Below are positions 29,419 to 38,463 of a stretch of 64,000 nt of DNA, in pieces. Source of the DNA: Acidobacteriota bacterium (GTDB taxonomy: Bacteria; Acidobacteriota; Thermoanaerobaculia; Multivoradales; UBA5704); assembly GCA_040005235.1 (NCBI GenBank), contig JBDTZG010000024.1, positions 10,021-74,020 of the forward strand. The letters are read 5' to 3'. The stretch's first letter is position 1; every line of letters starts with the position of its first letter. The notes beneath the pieces are model-generated. The model had not been told where the DNA came from. It did no database searches and worked only from the letters and a program-made list of their open reading frames with translations. Position numbers and translations under genes: made by a program.

Positions 29419-30459
29419 TTAGCCCTTGTACGGGAACTGCGGGCCGTACCAGCTCTCGCGGATCAGCTTCTGCGCTTTCGGCCGGGCGACGAACGGGTAC
29501 CAAAGGAGCGAGTTGTAGACCAAGGCCCCCTTGGCGAGCACCTGCACGAGGGGGGTGTCGAACAACAGCGGCTTCAAGAACGAAGCCCGCAGCCGCTTGT
29601 GGATGCCGCCGAGCAGGTTCGATTTCGGCGTCGCGAACTGCTCGGAGCCGACGTCGTCGCCCACCATACGCCCTTCGATGGATCCCAATCCCCGCGCCTC
29701 GGCGTTGGTGAGAAAGCCGATCGCCCGCGGATCGAACCCCATATACCGGGCCGCCGCCGCATCGGCCGCCACCAAATCGGGCGAGGCGATGACGAGATCG
29801 GCGATCCGTACGTCCCCAGTGCGGGGACCCTTGCCCTCCTGGCAGACCGTGCCGTCGATCACCGTGAACCGCGGCGCGAGCGCCTGGTTGATGTCGACGA
29901 TCACTTGGTGGAGGACCGGGTGGAAGTTGTGCCGGAAAGTGGGCAGACACCCCCACTGATTCTTGAGCGAGGCGGTGATCGTCGAGAGGTGGTGGCACTT
30001 CATGACCGGCAGGGTCACCAGGCAATCCGCTTCGAGCAGCGTCCGGGGAAAAACCAACTTGCGGACGTGCATGCCGTCCACCGCAATCTCCTCCAGCGGA
30101 TCGCGCGAAAGATCGACGTACTCAACCCCGTATTTCGCCGCCAGCCGGTCGTACCCCCAGATCTTCTCCGCCCGCCGAACGTTGTCGGCCCCGACGATCT
30201 GCGAATCCCCCATCTGCAACCGGACGTCCGGCAGCGCTTCGCGGATCGTCTGCAGCACTCCCTCCAGCACCCAAGGGGAGGTGTTCGTCCCGGGCACCAG
30301 AGGGAACGACAAAGTGTTGATCTTGAGGAAGATCCGCGAGCCCTGGATGTGGTCGCGCCAAGAAGCTAGCTCCATCGCCCGCTTGACTGCGGCCTGCACC
30401 CCTTCGGCTTGGGTGACGCGGACCCGGGCTACGGGTGCGGGGGTGGCAGATTTAGGCAT
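29419..30459 (-). CDS. DUF362 domain-containing protein
   Basis: Start assigned to MPKSATP at 30459. Motif recollection of the DUF362 family (LKINTLSFP..., TLPVMKCHHL). Confidence 0.5.
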   Translation of the reverse strand: MPKSATPAPVARVRVTQAEGVQAAVKRAMELASWRDHIQGSRIFLKINTLSFPLVPGTNTSPWVLEGVLQTIREALPDVRLQMGDSQIVGADNVRRAEKIWGYDRLAAKYGVEYVDLSRDPLEEIAVDGMHVRKLVFPRTLLEADCLVTLPVMKCHHLSTITASLKNQWGCLPTFRHNFHPVLHQVIVDINQALAPRFTVIDGTVCQEGKGPRTGDVRIADLVIASPDLVAADAAAARYMGFDPRAIGFLTNAEARGLGSIEGRMVGDDVGSEQFATPKSNLLGGIHKRLRASFLKPLLFDTPLVQVLAKGALVYNSLLWYPFVARPKAQKLIRESWYGPQFPYKG

Positions 30460-30595
30460 TTGAGGATCCAGAGCGAACAGACGGCGACTTTTTAAGATGG
30501 TAGCAGACGGGTCGAGCCGAAGGCTCGTTACTCGGGCCGGCGCCCCCCACCCATACGGGTCTCTCTCAGCGCTTCCCAATGGAAGAAGACCGGCT

Positions 30596-30823
30596 TCACG
30601 GGTACTCTTGGCGCAACTGAGCAAAAACCTCTTCCGCCGACGTACCGGACGCTCGGCCGCCTCGAATCTCGTCGACGCGCCTAGCAACCTCCACGTCCCA
30701 GGCGGCAGCCACCCCCTCCTCCTCAGGCTCCAAAGAGCCGAGCAGAAAGCAAGCCAACTCGGCCTTGGCCTGGGCGGAAAGATGCTCGAGCTCCGATTTG
30801 AGTTGTTTCATCGGCTGGGCCAT
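30596..30823 (-). CDS. putative addiction-module antitoxin component (TIGR02574-like), apparently orphan
   Basis: 75 aa, MKQLKSELEHLSAQAKAELACFLLGSLEPEEE...WDVEVARRVDEI; no toxin ORF in either flank. Confidence 0.55.
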   Translation of the reverse strand: MAQPMKQLKSELEHLSAQAKAELACFLLGSLEPEEEGVAAAWDVEVARRVDEIRGGRASGTSAEEVFAQLRQEYP

Positions 30824-30889
30824 GAGGTGCCTCCAGGGGTCGATTGTGCCACGCAGGCCGCCTATAGGACCAACCCGTTCGTTGGCCGG

Positions 30890-31314
30890 TCAGCTCGCAT
30901 CCCGCACCAGCCGAAACCCCAAGCTGAATCCGAGATCCTGGGGTCGATGGGTGTAGCGAAGGGCGCAGCGGGCGCTGTCCGCGCCGAAGTACCAGCTGCC
31001 GCCTCGACACGCTCCACCGGACAATCGGGACCACACTTCTGAAACCAACTGGGATTCGAGCCCATCACCTTCCGCCATTGGCTTTGGGTGACTTCGTAGC
31101 GGCCGACGTAGAGCGGGCGGGAGATGCGGACCGGGTGTTGGACCTCTTGAGGCTCGCGGGTCGGTTCGGAGGCAGGGCTTCCCATTACGAAGCTTCCGGC
31201 CGGAAGCAGGACGAACTGCATTTCGGTCGTCGGCTCGGTCCAACTCTTCTCCGGTGCGCGGCATCCGAAGATCAAAAGTAGGCCTAAGAAACCGGCGGGG
31301 AGGGCGGCGCGCAT
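30890..31314 (-). pseudogene. formylglycine-generating-enzyme (FGE-sulfatase) domain remnant, frameshifted and internally deleted
   Basis: The N-terminal FGE motifs (LLPAGSFVMGSP, RPLYVGRYEVTQSQWRKVMGSNPS) are in one frame (ORF 30862-31314). The C-terminal motifs (GGSWYFGADSARCALRYTHRPQDLGFSLGFRLV) are in another (end of ORF 30890-32392). The central region is missing. Confidence 0.6.
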
Positions 31315-31672
31315 TCATGCGCAGTCTATTCGCGCTCCCGGTGGCTTTTCCGAGCACGAGAAGCGCTTCATGAGACGCAAGACCCTCTCTTGCAACGCAG
31401 AAGAGGAGTATGCAGACGCTGGGAAGGGGTGCGGAGACGCTACGCACCGGTCCGTCGAGCACAAGACCCACCGCGGCGAACGCCAGACCTGCCGCGCCGA
31501 GTGCCGGAACCGGTGCGGCGAGCGCAAGAACCGCTGCGCGGCCCCCGGGAACCGCTTCGCGGGATGCCGGAGGCAATGGCTGGTGTGCGCGGAGCGCTCC
31601 GTGGCCTTCGCTACACGGGTCGGTGTGCTCGAAGTCCTCGGTTTTCTGTCTACGCGGCGGTGCGTAGCGTTG

Positions 31673-31798
31673 GGCAGGCGGGTCGGTGCGGTCGGCAGGC
31701 GGGTCGGTGCGGTCGCCAGGCGGGTCGGTGCGTTCGCCAGGCGGGTCGGTGCGGTCGCCAGGCGGGTCGGTGTGGTCGCCAGGCGGGTCGGCGCTTTC
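31673..31798. repeat. 21-bp tandem repeat, about 6 copies (GCCAGGCGGGTCGGTGCGGTC)
   Basis: Near-perfect copies seen directly. They encode heptad peptide repeats in several frames (APTRLAT on minus, GRRVGAV on plus); coding status unclear. Confidence 0.85.
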
Positions 31799-31935
31799 GC
31801 GAGCCGGGTTTTTGCATCCGCGAGGTGCGTCGGTGCGTCGCCTCGCCGGTCGCGGGCGTCCGCGGAGCGATCCGGCGTGCTCGAAGAGCGGTCCGGGGAA
31901 TCGACGGCTCCGTCCTCCATTTCGATCCGGAGGCT

Positions 31936-32832
31936 TCACCCAGCCTCGCGACGGCTCCGGATGCGCCAGAGCAGGAACGCAGAGGCTCCGAGGAAAAAGA
32001 CGCTGCACAGGTAGCTCCCCTCCGGTCCTTGCGCGCCGCCCGTCAGATAAACCGGGCCTCGGACGATCATCCGGACGAGCAGCGCGGGCTGCTTCGCATC
32101 GATGCCCGTGACAGGTAGCTCGAAGCCCGTCGCCAAGAGCCAGTTCCACCCCGTATGCCAGCCCATCACTCCCCAGATGTTTCGGCTCTTGAGCGCCCAG
32201 CAGCAGGTGAACGCGCCGAAGAGGAGAGTGCCCACGGTGACCAGAACGCGTTGATGTGGGCTGTAGTGCAGAAAGGCGAAGACCAGCGAATTGAGCACGA
32301 CGGCGATCGGTACGTTGAATTTGACGGCGACCGCCGAGAGCAGCCAACCGCGGAAGATGATTTCCTCGACGCTCGATTGGACGGCGAAACAAATCAACAG
32401 AAGTCCGATGTTCAACAGCGCGCCCGACGAGCTGAGCGCCGGGCCGAATCCCTTTGCTTCGAGGCCGCCCGCCATCCAGATTGCAGCGACGACCGCAGAT
32501 ATGGTGGCCATGCCGATCGACAAGCCCTTCAGGAACTTCAGCGGCTTGCCGGGTCCCGCCAAGCCGAGAGTGGCGAGGGAGCGCCGCTCGATCCCAAGGA
32601 CCCAGGCGAACAGGACGAGGCCCATCGCGACAAAGTGAACGATCAGCAGCGCGAACAGACCCGACAGACCCAAAGGGTCACCCTTCGCGTTCTCCAGATG
32701 AAAATGCTCGAGAACAAGGGACACCAAGAGGGAGGGCACCGCGACGAGCAAGATGCAAAGGAAGGGCGCGAAGGCGCCCCAGGGCAGCCAGCCTCTTGCG
32801 GGCTCGGGCGAGTAGATGGCGGTCGATTTCAT
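31936..32832 (-). CDS. CPBP (CAAX protease / Abi) family intramembrane metalloprotease
   Basis: EEIIFRGWL and FAFLHY motifs in a polytopic membrane protein. Confidence 0.8.
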   Translation of the reverse strand: MKSTAIYSPEPARGWLPWGAFAPFLCILLVAVPSLLVSLVLEHFHLENAKGDPLGLSGLFALLIVHFVAMGLVLFAWVLGIERRSLATLGLAGPGKPLKFLKGLSIGMATISAVVAAIWMAGGLEAKGFGPALSSSGALLNIGLLLICFAVQSSVEEIIFRGWLLSAVAVKFNVPIAVVLNSLVFAFLHYSPHQRVLVTVGTLLFGAFTCCWALKSRNIWGVMGWHTGWNWLLATGFELPVTGIDAKQPALLVRMIVRGPVYLTGGAQGPEGSYLCSVFFLGASAFLLWRIRSRREAG

Positions 32833-32926
32833 GGGTGCTCCTGCTGGGGTGATTTCAGGATCATGGGCAAAGCCCTGCCCTACCGGGGCGCGCCCACGGC
32901 GAAAACGGGAGGCTTGAACGGGTTGT

Positions 32927-33298
32927 TTAGACCGGCCGCAGCTGCTCTTCGAGCGACCGGGTTTTCTCGGTTCTCACGTCGCCCGTGTGCTGCGTGCTCT
33001 TTCTCTCGATGAGCAGGAGGTGGCACTCCTCGTCCGCGACCGGGTTGTGGCGTACACCCTTGGGAACCACGAACATGTCGCCCTCGTCCAGCTCTACGGC
33101 CCCGTCCTCCATCTCGATACGAAGGTGCCCCTTGAGGATCAAGAACAACTCGTCTTCGTTCTCGTGGCTATGCCACGCCAAGGTGCCCTGGACCGCCGCG
33201 ACCTTGACGTACACGTCATCGACCTCGCCGATGATCCTCGGCGACCAGTGCTCGGTGAGGGCGAGAGCAATCTCCTTCGGCGAAACGGCTTTCAGCAT
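32927..33298 (-). CDS. cupin domain protein
   Basis: WHSHENEDELFLILKG and VVPKGVRHN two-motif cupin signature. Confidence 0.75.
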   Translation of the reverse strand: MLKAVSPKEIALALTEHWSPRIIGEVDDVYVKVAAVQGTLAWHSHENEDELFLILKGHLRIEMEDGAVELDEGDMFVVPKGVRHNPVADEECHLLLIERKSTQHTGDVRTEKTRSLEEQLRPV

Positions 33299-33382
33299 AG
33301 TTGGCTCCGGAGTCCTTAGGCAGGCAAAGAGGGTAGGTCCCGCGGGTAATACGCCCGGAGGGTGAAGCGAGTTTCGATCCCT

Positions 33383-34183
33383 TCAGACCGCCGATCCCCG
33401 CACGGCCCAGGCGCGCGCCTTGAGTCGAATGCGCCCGTCGGCTCCTGGTTCCAGGCGACGCTTGAGGCGGTCCCTCAACCGCTCACGGCTTGGCGGATCG
33501 AGATTGGTCACGAAGCTTGGACCCGTGCCGGTGCCGCGGAGAAAGGGCTCCCAATAGTCGTCGAAATCGGCGAAGTCGGTCGGGATCTCGAGCGAACCTA
33601 CTTGCGCCTGGGCAAACCCTGCGGTTTCGAGAAGCGAGACGAGCGCGGGCGGCCGACAAATAGGGAAACCGAGGTGTTCCGCGCGGGCCGCGGCCTGAGG
33701 ATCCGCGGCGATCGCCTCTTCCCAGAAAGCCCTCAAGAATTCCATGCCTTCCGAGTAGTCCCAAACGTAGGCGGCAAAGGTTCCGCCGGTGCGGAGGCGC
33801 TGCCGGATCGATGTCACGACCTGGGCGGGATCCGGCAGGAAGTTCAGGACCAGCCCCGAGACCACGGCGTCGAATCCGCCCTCCCTTCGGGGAAGGTTCT
33901 CGGCGCCCGCGACAACAAACGAAGCGCGATCGTCCGAAACTTGGCTTCGAGCGTGCTCCAGGAACTGGGCAGAGGGATCGCAGGCAACGACCGACGCCGG
34001 CTCGCAACGGTCGAAGATCGCGGAGGTGAGCGCTCCGGTGCCGCACCCGACTTCGAGCCAATGGGCCGATCGCGGCGGTTGGAGCCATTCGAGGAACTTT
34101 CGGGCCAAGGGACGGCTCCAGCGGCCCATGAAGGCCTCGTAGGCGTCGGCGCCTTCCCATGTTCGATCTGGCGGATAGGTCAT
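33383..34183 (-). CDS. class I SAM-dependent methyltransferase
   Basis: LEVGCGTGALT motif I and DAVVSGLVLNFL motif. Confidence 0.8.
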   Translation of the reverse strand: MTYPPDRTWEGADAYEAFMGRWSRPLARKFLEWLQPPRSAHWLEVGCGTGALTSAIFDRCEPASVVACDPSAQFLEHARSQVSDDRASFVVAGAENLPRREGGFDAVVSGLVLNFLPDPAQVVTSIRQRLRTGGTFAAYVWDYSEGMEFLRAFWEEAIAADPQAAARAEHLGFPICRPPALVSLLETAGFAQAQVGSLEIPTDFADFDDYWEPFLRGTGTGPSFVTNLDPPSRERLRDRLKRRLEPGADGRIRLKARAWAVRGSAV

Positions 34184-34321
34184 CTTGCTCCTCTGCGGTC
34201 TGCCGCGGGAGATTGTATGCCCTCTCCCGGTCGGGTCTCTTTCAGGCTACATCTCGGAATGGAAGCCTGGCTCCGAGAAGCCTTGACATGCAGGCCGCCG
34301 TGGCTACATTGTAGGTCCGCC

Positions 34322-34570
34322 ATGAAAACACGCCTCGTCCCTATGGGCAACTCTCGCGGGGTTCGACTTCCGAAGCCCTTGATCCAGCAGGCGGGCTTGA
34401 CCGACGAGGTCGAACTCGAGGTGCGGGGAAATACCATTCTCATCGTTGCCCAAAAGGGCCTGCGGGCCGGCTGGGCGGAAGCGGCTCAGAGGCTGCGCGA
34501 GGAAGACGGTGACCGGCTTCTCGATCCTCCTACGCCCACCCGGTTCGACGACGAAGAGTGGCAGTGGTAG
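34322..34570 (+). CDS. mazE: MazE/AbrB-type antitoxin
   Basis: MKTRLVPMGNSRGVRLPKPLIQQAGL SpoVT/AbrB motif; 13-nt overlap with the mazF-like gene. Confidence 0.8.
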   Translation: MKTRLVPMGNSRGVRLPKPLIQQAGLTDEVELEVRGNTILIVAQKGLRAGWAEAAQRLREEDGDRLLDPPTPTRFDDEEWQW

Positions 34571-34899
34571 GAGCGAGACCGGTTCGGCGCGGAGAGGTTT
34601 TCCTCGTTGACCTCGACCCCACGCGCGGCAGCGAGATCCGAAAGACTCGGCCTTGCGTCATCGTCTCGCCAGACGAGCTGAACCATCACCTTCGAACCGT
34701 GATCGTTGCGCCGCTCACCTCGGCTGGCCGACCGTACCCGTTCCGCATCGCCTGCGGTTTCATGGCCAAGCGCGGCCAGGTCGTCTTGGATCAGCTTCGA
34801 ACCGTAGACCAGGAACGCCTCGTACGCCATCTTGGGCGCATGTCGGCGCCAACCCTGGCTCAGATCCTGGCGGCGCTCCAGGAGATGTTCGAGACTTGA
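34558..34899 (+). CDS. mazF: MazF/PemK-family endoribonuclease toxin
   Basis: RRGEVFLVDLDPTRGSEIRKTRPCVIVS is a canonical MazF N-terminus. Confidence 0.85.
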   Translation: MAVVGARPVRRGEVFLVDLDPTRGSEIRKTRPCVIVSPDELNHHLRTVIVAPLTSAGRPYPFRIACGFMAKRGQVVLDQLRTVDQERLVRHLGRMSAPTLAQILAALQEMFET

Positions 34900-35168
34900 G
34901 GCAGCAAGCCCATGATGCGGCCGTCTCGGACATCTGACGGACGGCGGGCTACGCCGCCTCTGCGTGCAGCTTGACCCCAAGCCCGTCGCGTCATCTGGAC
35001 AGAGCGTATGTCCTCCCAGACCGGTAGGCGAAACGGTCTCCCCAACTCTCGTAATTGCCGCAGCGCAGCACCGCGCGTTGACTCGGCCCGGCGCCTCATC
35101 TATCGTTCAAGCTAATCATCTGTGGGAGGGAGCCCGGAGCGCAGGTCACGGCTCGGACCGGGAAAGGC

Positions 35169-35672
35169 ATGTCGGCTATTATCGAGCGCGAGGACGAGCT
35201 TCCTCTCTCTGAGAGGCTGGGTACCTTGGGCGTGGTGCATCTCCGGGCGATCGCTGCGGTTGCCGGCTATACGGTGTCCGTACCCGAGTCTGACTACGAC
35301 AGCGTCGACCTGATCGTGAAATCCAGGAGGGGCAGGAGGTCTCAGTTGGAATTCCAGGTGAAATGCACTACGCAGATCATTCCCTCCGGCGAGAGCATCA
35401 GCTTCGAGCTGCCCAGGAAAAACTATGACGACCTGCGAGCCGACACGATTGCGCCCCGAGTGCTCTTCGTGGTTCTCGTTCCAAAAGATACCGGAGCATG
35501 GCTACAGCAAAACGAACGTCGAATGCATCTGCGCCACTGTGGGTATTGGTTCTCGCTTCGTGGTTTCGCTCAACGACCTAACTCGACTTCCGTGACCGTG
35601 CAGATTCCTCGCGGCAACCTGTTGACGCCCGCAGCGCTTCAAGCACTGATGGCGTGGGGGGCCATTCAATGA
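35169..35672 (+). CDS. DUF4365-like (restriction-endonuclease-fold) protein; first gene of the candidate SIR2 operon
   Basis: 167 aa; D-x-D...ELQVK-like core (DYDSVDLIVKS, LEFQVKCTT) recalled as DUF4365/Mrr-like. GC lower than background. Stop overlaps the next ATG (ATGA). Confidence 0.5.
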   Translation: MSAIIEREDELPLSERLGTLGVVHLRAIAAVAGYTVSVPESDYDSVDLIVKSRRGRRSQLEFQVKCTTQIIPSGESISFELPRKNYDDLRADTIAPRVLFVVLVPKDTGAWLQQNERRMHLRHCGYWFSLRGFAQRPNSTSVTVQIPRGNLLTPAALQALMAWGAIQ

Positions 35673-36865
35673 TCGTCTCCATCCGGGACAAAGCAACGCT
35701 CGCGGCGATTCGGCCCGCCAGAGTGGCGGCCTACTTGCAAGCCACGAACTGGAAACGGGTGGCGCTGGAGTCGGGGCGCTATTCGATCTGGGTGAATCCT
35801 TCGGCCCGTGAGCCCATCGAGCTACTCCTGCCGCTCGATTCAAAGTTCGACGATTTTCCGGAGAGGATGGCGGAACTGCTGCACGACCTTCAGAAGGAAG
35901 AGGAGCGGTCGCAGCTCGACATTCTCCGCGACATTGAGCTCAGCAGCTGTGACGTTTTTCGATTCAGGAAGGATCCGCGCTCCGGTTTCTTGGGCGCCAT
36001 CCAGCTCGAAGATGGCGTTCGGTTCGTCTCCTATGCTCGCGACCTGCTGCTTCTCGCCGCGTCCGCCGAGCACGATCCAGAGCGGGCCGGCATTGCGGGG
36101 CGAAGGTCGGATGACGTCACGTCGTTCATGTCTCAGGCGTTGCTGGGCCAGACCGAAATCTCGAGTTTTGTCGTCACGGCGCAAGTGCCCATTCCCGCGC
36201 GGTTGAACGAAGAGCTGTTCCCTGACGAGATCCCTTCGACTCCGGAGCCTTTCGAGCGGCGCGCCGGCGTTCGGTTGATGAATCTTCTTAGCCTCACCCG
36301 AGACGCAGCGCTCGAGGTCTCTCAAACCAACGATATCCAACCCTTCGTCGATGCTCTCGGCCAGGGCGCAACGGTCAACCTCTACAATACGCTGGTCGAT
36401 GCGCAGTCGATCGTTCCCGGGCAACCCTTGGAAGTCAACTGCACCTGGGCGCCGAGCCGACCGCTGTTTGGGAGCAGCCCGCCGAAGTCGGTCCTCTTCG
36501 AACCCGAGATCATTCTTCCCATCAGGGCCGCGGTGGAGGGTCTCCGGACGCGCGCCCCCAAAGAGGGAGAACGGATCTTTGGCTTCGTCGAGGTGCTACA
36601 GCAATCCGCCCAAGAGGTCCTGGTGGGAGAGTTGGCGGTAGCCACCGTGATCGAGGGAAAGCCGCGGAAAATCTATCTATTCCTTCAGCAGCCGGACTAC
36701 GGCAAGGCGATCGTCGCGTTCACAGAAAAACGACCGATCGAGATCACCGGAGATCTGCTCAAGGGCGGGAAGCGTTGGACTCTGCAGAACCCTCGGGACA
36801 TGGCTCTCTACCCCGCTGGAGGTGCTTCGTTGGAAGAAGAGGATAAGGAGAGCGGTCAGCAATAG
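35669..36865 (+). CDS. hypothetical protein (399 aa), middle gene of the candidate SIR2 operon
   Basis: Translationally coupled to the upstream gene; no recognisable motifs. Confidence 0.55.
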   Translation: MIVSIRDKATLAAIRPARVAAYLQATNWKRVALESGRYSIWVNPSAREPIELLLPLDSKFDDFPERMAELLHDLQKEEERSQLDILRDIELSSCDVFRFRKDPRSGFLGAIQLEDGVRFVSYARDLLLLAASAEHDPERAGIAGRRSDDVTSFMSQALLGQTEISSFVVTAQVPIPARLNEELFPDEIPSTPEPFERRAGVRLMNLLSLTRDAALEVSQTNDIQPFVDALGQGATVNLYNTLVDAQSIVPGQPLEVNCTWAPSRPLFGSSPPKSVLFEPEIILPIRAAVEGLRTRAPKEGERIFGFVEVLQQSAQEVLVGELAVATVIEGKPRKIYLFLQQPDYGKAIVAFTEKRPIEITGDLLKGGKRWTLQNPRDMALYPAGGASLEEEDKESGQQ

Positions 36866-36905
36866 CTGGTTAACTGCCGGACTTCGCTCGCCTGAGATCA
36901 GCGTC

Positions 36906-38270
36906 ATGAGCATTAATCCTCCCTCTCGCGAAGCTTTACTTGGTAACTTGGCTGATGCGGCACTGTTCGGCTCCTTTGGATTATTTGTAGGTACTGGGCT
37001 TTCACGTGCCCTCACCAAAGGCACGGCTCTTTCCTTCAAAGACTTACTGGTTTCTGTCTCCCGTCAGCTCGGCGTCGACTTGGACTTCGAGGACGTCGAT
37101 ATTGTTTGCGGAAAATCCTACCCACAGCTGGCGGAGGAGATCGCCCAGCTTCTCTCGCAGAGTAAGAACTGCTCATATTCTGAGGCGACTCTTGGTCTTA
37201 AGCGCGCAATCTGCCGCGCTTGCGACCTACAGGCGGACGCCAGTCTAACGACGCGTTACCGAGAAGCAATGGAGCTGATTCGGGTACAGTGGGTAATTAC
37301 CACCAATTATGATTTTATCTTAGAGGACTTGATTCCTAATTCCGTGTCGCTGCTGCCTAATGAACTACTAATTCCCAGGGTGGATTTCGTACCCATCTAC
37401 CATTTTCATGGTCACGTTCGTTCTGCCGCAAGTATTGTCGTCACGGATTCAGACTACATCCGCCTTCTCGCACCGACAGAGTACCGCCAGCTAAAGCTGA
37501 ATCTCTTAATGGCAGAGTCGAGCACTCTTATGCTGGGATACAGCCTTGGCGATATCAATGTTAAGACCGCCTTGGAGTGGTCCCGTGCCTTTGGAGCTGA
37601 GTGGGGACTGCGGGCGGAGGCGCATCAGTCACTTGTTGTACAGGCACTATATAAACCAGGAGCAACTCGTGAAACCGAGCCCTATTTTGGCCTGAATGGA
37701 GAGGTCATTATTGAAGTCGGAGACCTTTCGGTGATTTTGGGTGAAGTTTCAAAGGCCATCGAGACACGAAGGCTTGAATACACGGATCAAAAAGGGATGC
37801 TTGCTGATTGGATTAACGTGATTCCGGCCGGAAACCTGGCAGATGACGACGACCTTAGGATTGCTTTTCTGGATCTTCTTAGCCGGCTTCCGAGGCTTTA
37901 CGACTTGCCAGCGGTAATCCGGTACCTCGGCGCTGTATTGGATCCAATCTGGGAAAGGGCGCGCGCTGACTGCGGCTGGAGTCACTATGATCGATTCCTC
38001 TGTGTTCTGCTTGATGTTTTTAGAACCCTCCCGACGCGCCAGATTCACCCATCTCTGCTTTCTTACCTTGGAGATCAGCTCGATTATTTGTCCTGGTACA
38101 TAGACTCGGAAGGTAGAACGACACTTGGGACGTCTTTCGCTGCCTCACGTACTTGGCTGGGCAGAAAAGAAGAGATCCCCAAAGAGACTTGGAAAGCCTT
38201 AGTGGACTTTGCGACATATCGATCGCGCTACAGGCTGCTCAATCTTCTATCAGATCCAAGGGAGAGTTAG
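36906..38270 (+). CDS. SIR2-like (SIR2_2) domain protein with a roughly 250-aa C-terminal domain of unknown function
   Basis: Gly-rich FVGTGLS, a VITTNYDFILE motif and HFHGH catalytic-His context typical of defence-associated SIR2 NADases. GC about 48-50 percent versus about 68 percent background. Confidence 0.65.
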   Translation: MSINPPSREALLGNLADAALFGSFGLFVGTGLSRALTKGTALSFKDLLVSVSRQLGVDLDFEDVDIVCGKSYPQLAEEIAQLLSQSKNCSYSEATLGLKRAICRACDLQADASLTTRYREAMELIRVQWVITTNYDFILEDLIPNSVSLLPNELLIPRVDFVPIYHFHGHVRSAASIVVTDSDYIRLLAPTEYRQLKLNLLMAESSTLMLGYSLGDINVKTALEWSRAFGAEWGLRAEAHQSLVVQALYKPGATRETEPYFGLNGEVIIEVGDLSVILGEVSKAIETRRLEYTDQKGMLADWINVIPAGNLADDDDLRIAFLDLLSRLPRLYDLPAVIRYLGAVLDPIWERARADCGWSHYDRFLCVLLDVFRTLPTRQIHPSLLSYLGDQLDYLSWYIDSEGRTTLGTSFAASRTWLGRKEEIPKETWKALVDFATYRSRYRLLNLLSDPRES

Positions 38271-38463
38271 CGTCTTTCGGCAATGCGCGCGCACGCATCA
38301 GCCGCTCACCGGGCGTCATCTTGCTGGGTGGCAACACCGTTTCCAGGCAGACGATCGCCTCGCTATTTAGGCTGTAGGGATTCGTCAAGCAGTAGGATCT
38401 CCGGTCTCGCGCTGTTCATCGTCGATTGACCAGGCGCGTTCAGCATCAAGGAGGAGACCGCTG

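Noticed and set aside
28406-30025. 539-aa ORF treated as one gene
   Set aside because: Its upstream 205 codons are an alternate frame of the DUF362 gene. The membrane protein begins at the GTG at 29410, right after that gene's stop.
30890-32392. 500-aa ORF on the minus strand
   Set aside because: It runs antisense and out of frame through the CPBP protease gene and the repeat region. Only its last roughly 45 codons carry the FGE C-terminal motifs.
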